A DNA stretch of 64,000 nucleotides from Eledone cirrhosa (Eukaryota). This document shows positions 40,656 through 55,308 of the stretch, piece by piece. The stretch is from the NCBI GenBank assembly GCA_964016885.1, contig OZ024740.1, forward strand, positions 273,978,001 through 274,042,000, given 5' to 3'. The notes beneath the pieces are model-generated. The model made no database searches and was not told the origin of the DNA. It saw nothing but the letters and a program-made list of their open reading frames with translations. Both the position numbers and the translations under genes were made by a program. Positions within the stretch are counted from its first letter, which is position 1; the number at the start of each line of letters is the position of its first letter.

Positions 40656-40803
40656 ATATGAAAGACATAAATCAGAAAGTTATGAAAATTGACTTACTAA
40701 CATTTTAGTAAGTAAGTCAATTTTCATAACTTTCTTATTTACGTCTTTCATATAATTGTTCTGCATCCCCCTGCATAGAACCACAAAGTTACTAAGACAA
40801 AAC
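40656..40803. mobile_element. Mini fold-back (about 44-bp arms plus about 49-nt tail), unassigned family
   Basis: ATGAAAGACATAAATCAGAAAGTTATGAAAATTGACTTACT / AGTAAGTCAATTTTCATAACTTTCTTATTTACGTCTTTCAT. Confidence 0.7.
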
Positions 40804-40862
40804 ATATATATTTGCTAGCATAGGTATGCATCTGTATACATATGTCTGTAGATATATTAATT

Positions 40863-40912
<50 letters not shown>

Positions 40913-40916
<4 letters not shown>

Positions 40917-41737
40917 TGGCTGCCAACTCGTTTTCGAGTACGGCTACTACTTTATATCCATGTAGGAGAACCCTTACCGATGCGCTGAACTAGTGTGACT
41001 TTTTAGTCCAGTCAGCGTCTTGAAAACTCTGGTACAAACATTACACTTGCGACAATTATTGACACATAGTACTGAGAGATCTCCAGATATAAAGCAATGC
41101 CTGTGCCGTGAAGCTTTTATAGTGAGCAAAGGCACTGCACAAAGCCAGTCCCACTCTCTTAACCAAAATTATATTTACCAAAAAGAAGAACAAGTCAACA
41201 TCATTGGATACCATCAGGGTTGCAGGTGTTATATCAGAGTTTTCCTTCTCCTAGAATTCTGCCTTGACAAAGACTAAGGGGTCATCTCTCCCGGTGATTT
41301 TGGATGGCCATTGACTCTTAAGAGCTCCTTTGCCCTTTGACAGGTTTTGTTTTTAGTCCTGCAGGATGTACAGAGTCACCCTCCTCACCAAGAAACCTTG
41401 GTGGGGTTGCCAGTTTAGTCGCCAACGACCCGACCATGATGGTTTTGCACCTAGAAGGCTTCCCTCCGACGCACAAGCCGTGGCAAGGTTTGATTTTGTG
41501 GAAGACCAGCAGTAGCCCATGGATACCAGCCTCCTCTCTCCACGCCACCGATGTTGTCCAAGGGAAAGGCAATGGCCGATTCAGCTTGGCACCAGTGACG
41601 TCGCAACTCCTTTCTACAGCTGAGTAAACTGGAGCAACGTGAATTAAAGTGTCTTGCTCAAGGACACAACGCATCACCCGGTCCGAGAATTCACAACGTC
41701 TCAATTGCAATCCCAATGCTCTAAGCCATGCACCTTC
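40913..41737 (-). mobile_element. Composite long SINE (tRNA/CORE-like head fused to about 520-bp family F 3' module)
   Basis: 41436-41737 matches SINEs 49594-49870 and 62455-62785; 40913-41435 matches 50244-50799. Confidence 0.8.
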
Positions 41738-41747
41738 ATATATATAT

Positions 41748-41854
41748 AACGAAGGCAATGTGGTAAGGAACCAGGTGGACCATAACGCACCAAAGTACTC
41801 AATGCTTAGGGTAGTAGAGTGGTTGAGCTCAGCCGTCGGGGTCCTACTTGTTCC
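41748..41854. mobile_element. Family A fold-back with central deletion
   Basis: Tail joined to the opposite-orientation end TTGAGCTCAGCCGTCGGGGTCCTACTTGTTCC|TATA. Confidence 0.85.
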
Positions 41855-41924
41855 TATATATATATATCACATAAGAAACGGAGAATCAGTGGTGCGACGA
41901 ATAACATTTATTAGACATATTACA

Positions 41925-42507
41925 ATCGTTTCTGTATTATAAGGGAAAGTGGATTAAATCGACTCCACTGCGTGACTGGTACTTTATTTTATTGACCCCG
42001 TAAGGGTGAAAGGAAAAGCTAACCTCAGCGAGATTTGAACACAGAATGTAAAGAGCCGTAACTCTATGCAACGAAGCAGGGTGTTCGACGCTCTACCAAT
42101 TCAGATAATTCACCAAACGAATTCATTAGATAGGACCGAAAAATCTTCGATCGATATATATATATATATATATATCATTCTATGTCACGCTGACTCTCCC
42201 TGAGAACTACGTTTAGAGTGTGTGTATCTGAGGTATATAGCCACTTGTACGTTAATTTCAGGAGGAGGCTCTTTCATAATTCTTTGTAACTGACGGGAAG
42301 CTAGTTCTATATATATATAATTGTTTCTACTTTAGGCACAAGGCCAGCAATCAGCCAGTGCATTACTGGTACTTTATTTTATCGACCCCATAAGGATGAA
42401 AGGCAAAGTCAACCTCGGCGGGATTTAAACTCAGATCGTAAAGGGACGTAACTATGCTGGAAAGCATGGCGTCCGACCCTCTACCGATACTGCCAATCCA
42501 CCGCCCC
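41925..42507 (-). mobile_element. Two OK/OR-like SINEs (41925-42115, 42318-42507)
   Basis: Family body on the minus strand. Confidence 0.85.
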
Positions 42508-43834
42508 TATATATATATAATCGAGGTTGATAAGACGCATTGATTCTTCCACTATATCTTTCTAACTCCTCTCTATTGCGCTCTTTACTGTTCTCAAAGA
42601 AATGGGTTGTGTTGAGGTGTAGAGAGGAATGGGTTTTAAAATATGTACTAAAGTTTCATAAAATGATGTGACTATAATCACGCGGCTTCATGTACGGAAA
42701 TATTCAGCGGTTGTTGTTTTCTACCCCCAAGTCAATCTTTACTAAGCGTACGTATGATCAAAGACCATGATATCCCAATAGTTTATATAGACACATTTCC
42801 AGAGTGTCCTTTCCAAGGTCTGTTTTCGGGAGATTTAGCTGGCATTTCTGACGGTTCAAGTGACTGCATAAAAGCCCCATCATCGACTCTTTTAGAGTGC
42901 AGTAGTTAAATAAAGCCCAATCCCGTGTGAATATGTATTTCAAATAGCAACATCTTTAAAATGGAGTATGTCGACAATTTATTAGATATAAACGTGAACA
43001 TGTTGACGAACTGACTTTAGGAGACTTAGTCATCTTTACTAAGGCTCCTTAAAATCTAAGGGCAGAAAAAGTAAATGAGATCTCTCCACTACACTCTCAT
43101 TCTATCGACAAAAATGGTGTACAAGAGATGCAAGCTTTAGAAAAACTTCAACTCATTTCTCATTTTCTTGTTACTTGTAGAAATTCTTTTTCTGCATGAA
43201 GGAAGAATTTATTATGAATAATATTGTACAATATAATATTATATTATTACCCCTCTTAACAAATCACATGCAAGTTTCTCCTCACGGAGACATCATTTAC
43301 AAAGTCGAAAAAATGGGTAGGGGTGGGCTACTGAGCAGTTAATTCGTTATAACATTATATCAATTCCAGTATCTCACTTTACGATAGCTCAAATCTAGAA
43401 ATCAAATCTTCTCATTCCCAACACCATCATCCTTATGCTCTTCACCAGCACCATATTTCTGATCATGATTTGCTATTAATAGACCAATTCACAAAATGTC
43501 ATAACGGTATCATCTTCTTTTGCTGTGGAAAACCAAGTATTGATTTGCGGCGATAAGTTCAATTATCATATCAATCAATTTTCTATTTGGCATCTATGGA
43601 AGGAAGCAGGTTATCTGCATATTTCACTTTAGCTGACATATATCTGAGCCATTGTCTACATTGTCCTTACTCATAACAGAAAAACTACTGCCTGTCATGT
43701 TTAGAACTTCTTGTCTACTCTGGTAGAACCTTTTGCTTCAATGGTAACCTAAAAGATTTTTCAAAGAGACAAGTAACTTTTATTGAAAAGTTAACTTCTC
43801 TACGTTGAAAATATAGTTTATAACTATAATAATA

Positions 43835-43922
43835 ATGATTTCTACTACAGGCACAAGGCCAGCAATTTGGGGGAAGGGGAGAGTCGATTAAATCGACCCA
43901 GTGCATTCTTTGTAACTCCTTT

Positions 43923-43954
<32 letters not shown>

Positions 43955-44152
43955 TGTTTCTACTTTAGGCACAAGGCCAGCAATTGGGGGGAGGGGGAAG
44001 TCGATTAAATCGACTCCAGTGCGTGACAGGTACTTTATTTTATCGACTCCATTAAGGATGAAAGGCAAAGCTAAATTCGGCGGGATTTGAACTCATAACG
44101 TAAAGGGCCATAACTCTATGTTGCAAAACATGAAGCCTGACGCTCTACCGAT
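43835..44152 (-). mobile_element. OK/OR-like SINE with duplicated 3' part
   Basis: Family body; GGCACAAGGCCAGCAATT occurs twice. Confidence 0.85.
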
Positions 44153-44229
44153 AATAATGTATTGGTTTATAGGCCACTAGGTCCGAAATATAAATGACAA
44201 AAGAAAAGGAAGAGTGGGGATTTACATAA

Positions 44230-44830
44230 AAACGTCTAAAAATAGGAAAACAGTTGAATATTAACAATAAATAAATAACAGCAGAATAGAACGATACAAT
44301 TCATCCTCGCTCCATTTGACCACCTTTTAACAGATATACTGGAGAGCAGCAGTTACCTCTCCACTACATCTTCCTTTCCAAGTGGATCTTTAAAAGTTTG
44401 ATGAGGGCTTGGACCGAGAGGATATTGTCTGTCTTCATTCTTTTTAGTCGCGTTCACCACACAACCTCTTTCCTAACACCCTCAGGACAGAGAAAAACTG
44501 GTTGTTCATCCCAACCAAAGGATGATGGCGGGGAGATCTTCACGATGGAATCAACAGATAGATAAATCCTTCATACACATGACAACAGCTGTTGGAGAAA
44601 TCTACACAAGTCAGCAATGCCTGGTTACTAGACGGGTGCATGCAGGATGGTTTCGTCGCTCTACGTGCATCTCAGATAGGTCTATCTGACAGCGCATCCG
44701 TGCCTGTAGAGTTTATCTCGAATGACAGTGCCTCCCACCCATTCTTCAATAGCACTGCTAAGCAAGAGATATCTGGAAATTATGCATAAGACTCGAACCG
44801 AAAGTCTTCCGGAACAGATTGGCTAGTTCG
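44230..44830 (-). mobile_element. Decayed L1/Tx1-clade LINE ORF2 C-terminus
   Basis: Frameshifted FQISLA.QCY..AL..RDKLYRHG..RC..SDETILHA (CCHC region). Confidence 0.65.
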
Positions 44831-44949
44831 TTTTCTTTGACGCTTATAATGATATTGTTGCAATATATCTGTCAGTAAATGGGAAGATAAAAGCAATAAC
44901 TGAATAAATAGACGTGTTACTTAGGTTTCATTATATCACATGAAAAGAG

Positions 44950-45170
44950 CAGTGGATTGGCAGTATTGGTAAAGAGTCGGACACCATGCTTTGCAGCATA
45001 GAGTTACGGTCCTTTACGGTCTGAGTTCAAATCCCGCCGAGGTTAACTTTGCCTTTCATCCTTACAGGGTCGATAAAATAAAACACCAATAACGTATTGG
45101 GGTCAACTTAATCGAATTTCCCCTCCCCCCAAATTGCTGGCATTGTGCATATATAAGAAACCATTATATT
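44950..45170 (+). mobile_element. OK/OR-like SINE
   Basis: Full head, B-box and body. Confidence 0.88.
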
Positions 45171-46389
45171 GCATTAAAATAAAAATGTTCTTGAAAATAA
45201 AAATAAAAAACATATCATAAGAGACAGTGAGACAAAGGGGATAATTATGAGATAGACAACGTAGGGTAGATCAAGAAAGACAAAGAAAGAAATAAGATAA
45301 AAAATACAAAGCTTTCTCAAACACATGATATACAAAACCAATAAAGAAGAAAACAATACTCTGTAGAATAAGAGTAGTTCTTTGGTTATATATGTTCAGC
45401 GAACTGTAACATAATAATACATGGATAGACAATAGTCAATTGGGGATGGGGATTGCAAGGGTGGATGTATTCGTGCAAGTGTATGCGTGTTTTCTTTATG
45501 TGTGTGCATATAGTGTTTTTATTTTCGTTTACTGATTGTAGCCATTCGACAAGAGCAATAGCGACAATCGTTTAGAAGTATTTGTCTGATATTTATTTTA
45601 CGGAACTGGCGAAAGCAAGACTAGCCGGAATATATCGAGATGTAACCAGGAAAGAACAATATAGCATAAATAATGTCCGTTCGTCACAGCAATTCTGCTT
45701 TTATAGAATGCAAATGAAAAGGTCCTGTAAATACTGAGGGAGTCGTATTATGTGCACCGTATTTACATACGGCATTTCTTAGACAATTGAAAACCTGGCG
45801 AAGCCCAATCTTCTCCCGCTCTGAATATAGCATATTTCTTCCACAGACGGACAGAGAGTGAGAGAATGGAAATGAGAAAATGATATAGAGGAAGAACCGA
45901 CCCCAGTACTTGACTGACTGGTCATTTTTTATAGACCTGGAATGGTTGAAAGGCAAAGTTGACCTCGGTGTGATTTGAATTCAGAAAGCAGAGAGCCGAA
46001 ACGAATATCGCAAAGCATTCTCTCCGATTCTAAAGATTCTGCCCTTTCACAGCCTGGAATAAACAGATACTTGAACCATAAGCCAATTTTAGACACACAG
46101 ATAAAAGAAACAGGAAGCCAGATATGTAATTTCAAAGATCTCACAAGGTTATTAATTTTAATATAACAATCAATGATTTAACAATTATTTCAGAAAAGCA
46201 AACTTATCCCCTAATTTTGAAATTTTAATCAGAAAAAGTCACAGAATTAAGAGCACTGCAGTATCGATGAAACAGCAAATGATAATCTTTGGTTTCGTCC
46301 ACACGTTTCCCTATTAGTCATGGAAATGATGCATAGGACATAGAAATAACTACTTCATAATAAGAGTTTTACATACTCTGATTATCATT

Positions 46390-46605
46390 AAAGATGGCAG
46401 TATTAGTAGAGCATCGGACACCATACTTTATGGCATAGGGCTACGTCTCTTTACGTTTTGGGTTCAACTCTCGCCGAGGTTAGTTTTGCCTTTCCTCCTT
46501 ACAGGGTCGATTAAATAACCAGCAACGTAATAGGATTGAATTAATCGACTTCCTCTCCCCCTAAAATTACTTGTCTTGTGCTTAAATCAGAAACCAATAT
46601 TATTA
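46390..46605 (+). mobile_element. Diverged OK/OR-like SINE
   Basis: Family body. Confidence 0.8.
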
Positions 46606-49593
46606 AAGAGTCTATAATAAAGTACAATGTAAAACTTATAAAGTATGCTAATGCATTATCAACAACAATCAAAATAAATATATTCCTGCATTTGGGAGAA
46701 TGTAGAAAATTCAAACATTTGCCATGTTAACTAATGTAATGAAATGTTTTAGCATTGGAATCACGACAATTTCCACATATTATATTCACATAATCTGTGC
46801 AAGGAAAAAAAAAGCATTTATTTAATACATTATAAACAAAATAAACCAGCAGCTGTAAAAACAGCGGTGATAATAATAATGATGAGGATGGTGATGATGG
46901 TGATACTATAAAAAAGCAATTGGAAAAACAATATAAAGAAATTAAAATAAATAAAATAATTTTATACGAATCAAGGAATGGCTGTTAAATTTTGGCAAGG
47001 TTGAATTCTCTCATAAACATGTTAACATCTAGCCAAAACGGAAAATTTGTGACATTTCTGCTGTTATTTCTTGTACTTGTAATGATTATAGTGATGGAAA
47101 TGGTTATAACTAACCATATAAATGTAGTGTATGATACAGGCTGAAGTATGTCGAGGATAATGATCTCAAAGATGGTGATATGGTAGTTATAAAGGAGTCG
47201 TGATAATGATTAATAAGAAGAAACTGTATTTTAATGATGAGAAATATGACAATGATGATGATGTTGATGGTGGTAGTTTTTGTGTTGTTGTTGTGGGCAG
47301 TGTTGGCAAGTGCAGAGATGATGATGGTGGGAGTGATGGTGTTGGTGAAGGTAGTATTCAATAATCTTTAAAGGAAGAACATTTATAGAACAGTTGTTTG
47401 ATAACAAAAGTAAAACAAACGAAAATAAAGTGTGTGGGGGGGGGGGGGGGGGCGTATAACATGATCAGGATGAGAATGGAAATGGTAAATACTAAAGAGG
47501 AAGAAAAGAAGGGTAAGAGAATGTATGGATGGAGAAGAAGGGTGGGTTATTGGAAATATAGAAAAACAAGAAATCGAAATGACAGAGAGATAGAGAGGAG
47601 CAATAGAGGAAGATAAGGAAATGTAGAAGAAAAAAAAAGTTTGGAAAAACAAAAATAAAAAGAAGAATATACAAAAAAAAAACCGATGTAGGATACAGAA
47701 GAAGTAAAGGATAAAATCGTAAAAAAATCCCCCGTCCCATTGAAAAAAAAAAAATAATAATAAATGAGTTAATTAAAAACAACGAAAGTAAAAGATGAAC
47801 TAAAGACAAAAGAGAAATGAAAGATACCATATCAGATATCAGATATGAGATAAAAAATAATCCAAAAATATATTATTTCACACATTAATCTAATGATCAA
47901 AAATTGAGGATCGGAGAGGGGGGAAAATTAAGTTTCTCATTTTTCGTACATTGATGTGCTGGTTTTTTATTTATTATTGTTTTTTCGTACATTTATGAGT
48001 TTGATTTTTTTATTTATTTATTGTATCGTTTTATTTTATTTATTTATTACTTATTTCAATTATCTATTTTTATCATAATTACATACACACAGTTAGGAAA
48101 ATATACAGTAAGTGTATATGTACTCTGGCGAGTATATATACCTATATATCTACACACGCACAGAAAAATATACAAAAAACAGTTTAGTTTATAATATATA
48201 TAATAAAAAGTTTGTATTGCAAGTAATATCTTTCTTTTTCCTTCCATGTATGTCATCATTATCTGGTTCTTTAAGAAGTCCTTAAAAAAATAATATAAAG
48301 AAACACAAGAAAACGACATATATATAAGCACATGCATTCACACATATTAACACACATATATATATACATATTTAAAAACTAAAAGGAAATAATTAATTTA
48401 TTTAAACAGATGTTACTCTTGATTTGGTTGAGGAGGTGATAAAGTAATACATTTTCAAGTTTAGCTTACTCCAGTGATGGAAGTGACATGGGATCAACAT
48501 ATAGCTGTAATTTTGCAGATATTTGTCTATTATTGCGAGCGGACTGAGTGACCATAGGCGCTGCAACTATGAATATTTTTTATACAAAGTGTAAATTACC
48601 AAGTCCATTTTATTCAATGGAGTCGGTGATTGGTATATTTGCAGTCATCTACACTCGATTTCAACCATGAACATTAATACTAGACCCACTGGAAATCGAA
48701 TATAGTAAACATAAGAATGGACACGAGGCTAATATGTTTATTTTGTAATCATGAAGTCTAAGTTTAATTCCATTGTCTGACATTTAGAGCAAAGGAATTT
48801 TACCGTAGCCAAGGGCTCGTTTGAAGCCGTCTGAATGAAATTGTATGGATGAAATCTGTGTGAACGACTGATTGCACATATATTTCAACATGCTACATAT
48901 TGTGACAGATTTATTTGGTATGAGACTTATATTTATTTTTATATGGTGTTATATGTTTCCCCACTATAAACTATGGCAATACTATGTATTTGATGAGTGT
49001 CTCATTAACTTATAGAATAGATTTCAGTGCTCATGGGAATCAATAGAATAATTTTGCATGTACTATATACTTAAATCAAGGGGTTAATAGTGTCCTTCAT
49101 GAATCAATATTCACACGCACCTATTATCGATACCTAAAAAAATACACGTAGACTGAGTCAGATACACACGCCACCACGAAAATGTATACACCACACCAAC
49201 ACACATAGCCGAGCACACACTGACACACACACACGCACACACACATACACGCACTCACACACACACATACACACCCACACACACAAGCACAGGATAAAGA
49301 ATAAAATCAATGACACGAACATTCATTCGCCTAATGCACTCCATCTGCACACACGTTAGAGTACTAATGATAGACTTTGTTTCTCTGCCTCGACATCTGT
49401 CCCAGACTACTAGCCTACCCAAATCCTCCATCCTGAACAAATTTGCTTTTCTCCTCAACAGTTCAAATGACTTTTTTTTCCCTTTTTCTGTATTTTGTTT
49501 TTTTCTTTTGAAGGACTAACATACGATACATTGAAATATTAATTTTCTTTTCCCAGTTATAATATTTTGCTACTGTGTCCCTTTATTTGTCTT

Positions 49594-49870
49594 GTGATGC
49601 GTTGTGTTCTTGAGCAAGACACTTTATTTCACGTTGCTCCAGTCTACTCAGCTGTAGAAATGAGTTGCGACGTCACTGGTGCTAAGTTGTATCGGCTATT
49701 GTCTTCCCTTAGGAATCATCGGCGGTGTGGAAGGGGAAGGCTGGTATGGATAGTGTGGCTGCTGGTCTTCCACAAACAACCTTTCCGTGACTAGGGCGTC
49801 GGGGGGGAACTTTCTAGGTGAAAATCCCTTGGTCATACGTGACTGAAGGGGCTCTTTACCCTTTACCCTT
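49594..49870 (+). mobile_element. CORE-like SINE (5'-truncated), (TTTACCC)n tail
   Basis: TGTGTTCTTGAGCAAGACACTTTATTTCACGTTGCTCCAGTCTACTCAGCTGTAGAAATGAG. Confidence 0.85.
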
Positions 49871-50056
49871 TTATATATAGATATGGTTGAGACCATTTTA
49901 GGAAAACCAGTAGTGTGCAATGTAATAATAAAACAACGAAGTAAAACACACCAAAACATTATACACTCTTTTATTTCTATTTTACATTATTCCGTTCTTG
50001 CTAATTCAGTTTCAACTCTGTATTACGTAAAGCTGCATAAAATACACAGACGCACA

Positions 50057-50090
<34 letters not shown>

Positions 50091-50116
50091 GACACACACA
50101 CACACACACACACTCA

Positions 50117-50147
<31 letters not shown>

Positions 50148-50243
50148 GCACGCACACATCTTGAAAGTTGCACAATAAATGTATTCCAAAATAGGGGCCT
50201 ATGAGGGTGCTCAATAAACTAATGGTTACTTTTTCATATATAT

Positions 50244-50866
50244 ATGGTGGCTGCCAACTCGTTTTCGAGTACGGCCACTACTTTATATCCATGTAGGAGA
50301 ACCCTTACCGATGCGTTGAACAAGTGTGACTTTTTAGTCCAGCCAGCGACTTGAAAACTCTGGTACAAACACTACACTTGTGACAATTATTGACACATAG
50401 TGCTGGGCCCATGGTACCATGTGACAACAAGTGCAGAGAGATCTCAAGATATAAAGCAATGCCTGTGCCGTGAAGCTTTTATAGTGAGCATAGGCACTGC
50501 ACAAAGCCAGTCCCACTCTCTTAACCAAGATGATATTTACCAAAAAGTAGAACAAGTCAACATCATTGGATACCATCAGGGTTGCAGGTGTTGTATAAGA
50601 GTTTTCCTTCTCCTAGAATTCTGCCTTGACAAAGGCTAAGGGGTCATCTCTCCAGGTGATTTTGGATGGCCATTGACTCTTAAGAGTTCCTTTGCCCTTT
50701 GACAGGTTTTGTTTTTAGTCGTGCAGGATGTCCAAAGTCACCCTCCTCACCAAGAAACCTTGGTGGGGTTGCCAGTTTAGTCGCCAACGACCCGACCATG
50801 GGACAGGTTTTACTGTACATTTTACCAGTATATATATATACATATATATGTACATACATACACTTT

Positions 50867-50940
<74 letters not shown>

Positions 50941-51369
50941 ATATATATATGTATGTATATATATATATATATCCGGGAGAGATGACCCCTTAGCCTTTGT
51001 CAAGGCAGAATTCTAGGAGAAGGAAAACTCTGATATAACACCTGCAACCCTGATGGTATCCAATGATGTTGACTTGTTCTTCTTTTTGGTAAATATCATC
51101 TTGGTTAAGAGAGTGGGACTGGCTTTGTGCAGTGCCTTTGCTCACTATAAAAGCTTCACGGCACAGGCATTGCTTTATATCTGGAGATCTCTCTGCACTT
51201 GTCATCACAGGATACAATGGGCCCAGCACTATGTGTCAGTAATTGTCACAAGTGTAGTGTTTGTACCAGAGTTTTCAAGTCGCTGGCTGGATTAAAATGT
51301 CACACTCATTCAGCGCATCAGTGGATATAAAGTAGTGGCCGTACTCGAAAACGAGTTGGCAGCCACCAT
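50244..51369. mobile_element. Two family F modules in inverted orientation (50244-50799 minus; 50973-51369 plus) around a microsatellite
   Basis: About 400-bp reverse-complement match; both 3' ends GCAGCCACCAT|ATAT face outward. Confidence 0.88.
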
Positions 51370-51399
51370 ATATATACATGTGTGTATGTATCTATCTAT

Positions 51400-51462
<63 letters not shown>

Positions 51463-53208
51463 AAGATTGCTATGCAAGTATGTTTGAAGCAATGCAGTTA
51501 CACATTTAAATTTACTGGAAAGAGAACGAATTATATTTGTAGATATTCAATTAGTTAATAAATTTAATAGATATTTCTTATATCTGTGACTACAGAATGG
51601 GGTGTTTTTCAGTATATTCAAATGTGTAAATTTACACACGTTAACACTCGCAGACATACACAAATATACACTCTCATACATATAAGTACATATATAATAT
51701 TCCATACGTTTATATGTGTGCTTATATGTGTATACATTTCCAATCAAAAATGTGAAATGCTTGCTAAATGCTTTATTTCTTTAAAAAAAACTTTTCATGT
51801 TTGTTGAAATCTAATCATATAATGTTCAAACTTTTTCCAAAGGTAAATTTGGTGCATATTCATGACTAAAATTTGATAATCAGTGATTCTGACACGATTA
51901 TTATATTTTGTAATACACTGCTAGCAAGCTTTTGTCAAACAGTTTCACTCATATTTGTGTCATTTATATTAAACTGTTTGAATAAGATTTTCATGCATTT
52001 AAATGTGTTTGAATTCAGCTTTAACTTAATGATTTGCTATAAAAATTTCAATAATATCTAGATGTTGAAACTGCCTCTGCCAAAAGGAAGGCGCTATTTC
52101 ATAATGTTGCTAAAACTTTACGAAAATTCCTGAATGATCAAGAACGTTATTATATTTATATATTGCCTGCTAGTCATGTGTGGGGGAACTATTGTATAGA
52201 TAGAAAAATACATAATTGTAATATTGTGCACTAACCCTTTTATTGCAGGGAATGCATAATCCAATATTTCGAATAAGAACGGCAGCATTCGTATCAACAT
52301 TATAAAATTGACTTTTTCGTGCTGGCTTTGGTAGAAAATGACATTTTAAGGACGTATTTTATTATATGCTCTTCATGAGCATAACTCACCCTAGCCACTC
52401 TTTGTAACATGCAGGTGAATCTGTTCTTAAAACAAAGATACAGATGGTACTATATATTTCTAAGTCTACTTTCATCTTATAGGCTATCTTTCATTTTAAA
52501 CATTTTAGAAATCCTTCCTTTTATGGTCTATAGTGGCTACCTGGGTGAAAGGAAAATCCTCTTATATTTGATAAAATATTATTTTGAAATACAATGTAGG
52601 CTTTATTTTTTGTTTTGTTTTTGTATTTTTGAAGAATCTACTTTCTCTTGGCAGCGGTTTTCTATTTTTGTTGAAGCTTGTGTTTTCTTACTAGGACTAT
52701 TTGCCTATGACACTCACCATAGGTTTTTCACCCTTCAGAAGTCAGGAAGAAACAATAATTTTGCACTTAAAAAAAGTGCAGTCATTGAGTGACTCAACGA
52801 GGAAGATATCTCTGGTAAACTAAATAAAATGCTGAATGCAATCAGAGATCAAATCTTGCTAAAGTAGACATTATAATTCATTTTTCGAGAGGTTGTCTGA
52901 AACATTTTTTGGTAATATACATTGAGTCATTGAATGTTTTATGTCTGTTCACCATTAAACTGTAATTTATGACTTAGAAATAAACTATTATTAATTTTTG
53001 TATCCTCACAACAGATGCCACTTTTTCATAATAAATATGTCAACGCACATTGTATAATATGGTTTTCAGTTTATGTACATAAAGTTAGATTATATGTTTC
53101 GCAGTATTTTACAGTTTGCATCATTTCATTACGTTTTTTACATGCCAAATTAATTTTTAATTTACAGTATTCAACATAAGACGAACATAGAAAAAATTCC
53201 AAATTAGG

Positions 53209-53325
<117 letters not shown>

Positions 53326-53674
53326 TGTGTATGTATATATTTACTGAATTTTTTTAAGTGAAAACAAAAGAAACATTATTTTGATTAGATGTTCTTAAGG
53401 GTATAAAGAAAGCTATAAAAAATAATAAAAGACATATATAAAGCGCCGCTAAGTATATTTATTAGGTATATAGAAAACAAATATTTTTACTGATTGCTTT
53501 TACAAAAGCTAATTGCAAATTTAGAAATAAGCAAACTCCATGCAGAAAGTCACAGACCTTGTAAAAAGTTGAAATATATTTTCTCAAATTTATATTGTGC
53601 AATATTTTTTTTACTATTGTCCAAAACATCGTTATGTATATCATGGATCTTCAATTTTTTTAACATAAGAAAAC

Positions 53675-53742
<68 letters not shown>

Positions 53743-54050
53743 GAGAGAGAGAGAGGGTGGGGAGTGATTGATTGATGTTTAGCTAGATATTAGTATAGAT
53801 ATATTATATATGCCCGCGCGTATCTATATATGTATGTGTATATATACGTAACTATACGTGCGTAGTTACTGTACCACTGTTTGATTTTGCAAATTTTTAT
53901 TTATTTTCGAAATTACTTTTTATAATAAAGCTTTTTTCAACTCACATTTTTATATATATATATTTTTTATAAGTTTTTATTTATGTGTATGTACGTATGT
54001 ATATATATGATCGACCGTTTTTTTATGTTTGTATATATATATATACACAA

Positions 54051-54125
<75 letters not shown>

Positions 54126-54250
54126 ACCTATGAAGGTTTTTAAACACATGCTCCCTTGTGTCTATATGTATATATATATGTATATGAATACTTATATGTA
54201 TGTATGTGTATACGTGTATCTTCTTATAAGTCTGTCTATGCGTGTATATA

Positions 54251-54595
<345 letters not shown>

Positions 54596-54731
54596 CCCCT
54601 AAGTTTACGTATGTGCGCATCTACGTATATCTGATCCTGTGTGTACAATGTATTTTTTCTGTTATTTTATTTCAGCCTCACTTTCATTTATAATAGATTT
54701 TAATTTCATATCTTAAATCGTAAATATAGAT

Positions 54732-54802
54732 TTCTATCTGATGAACGATATCACAGGTTTCCGTTAGAATCGTCTAACTTCGTGAAACCTTGTGTAATGG
54801 AA
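54732..54802 (+). ncRNA. Type I hammerhead (family G relative) in remnant 54595-54845
   Basis: TTCTAT CTGATGA ACGA...TCGT GAAA CCTTGTG TA ATGGAA; downstream TGTTGTTTATTACATAA matches 24414-24430. Confidence 0.8.
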
Positions 54803-54844
54803 TAATTATATTGTGTTGTTTATTACATAATTAAATAAATAAAT

Positions 54845-54889
<45 letters not shown>

Positions 54890-54973
54890 AAAGGTAAACA
54901 GAAATAACAACACAATCTGTACAGTATATGGAAGGGATATATTAGGTTAACGCTTGATATAGCAGGAAGAGGG

Positions 54974-55009
54974 TCTTAACGTTTTGGACGCTAGTCCTTC
55001 ATCAGAAGA
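54974..55009 (-). ncRNA. Minimal hammerhead with GAAA>AAAA mutation
   Basis: TCTT CTGATGA A GGAC-TAGC-GTCC AAAA CG TT AAGA; partial relative at about 58963-59031 retains GAAA. Confidence 0.7.
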
Positions 55010-55308
55010 AAGAATGAGAAATAAGATAGATTGAGGGGACGGGCGTGTTGGAATTGGACAAAATGTCTTCAGATAAAAATAACAGGTCCATTCATGTTGA
55101 CATCTCTTTCAAAACTGTTGGTGCTGGAGTTTTGTGTATAATTTATTTTTTTAGAAAAGTGGATGATGGAGCGCGTCTACCTGAAATGGAAACAAAAAAC
55201 CGTTTTGTAAAAAGAGCTACACTTGTGCACGTGCGTAAGCATGTGTGTGTGTGTATGTGCGTGTTATTATACGTACGTACGAAGCTAAGAAGAAATGTGT
55301 GTTTAAAT

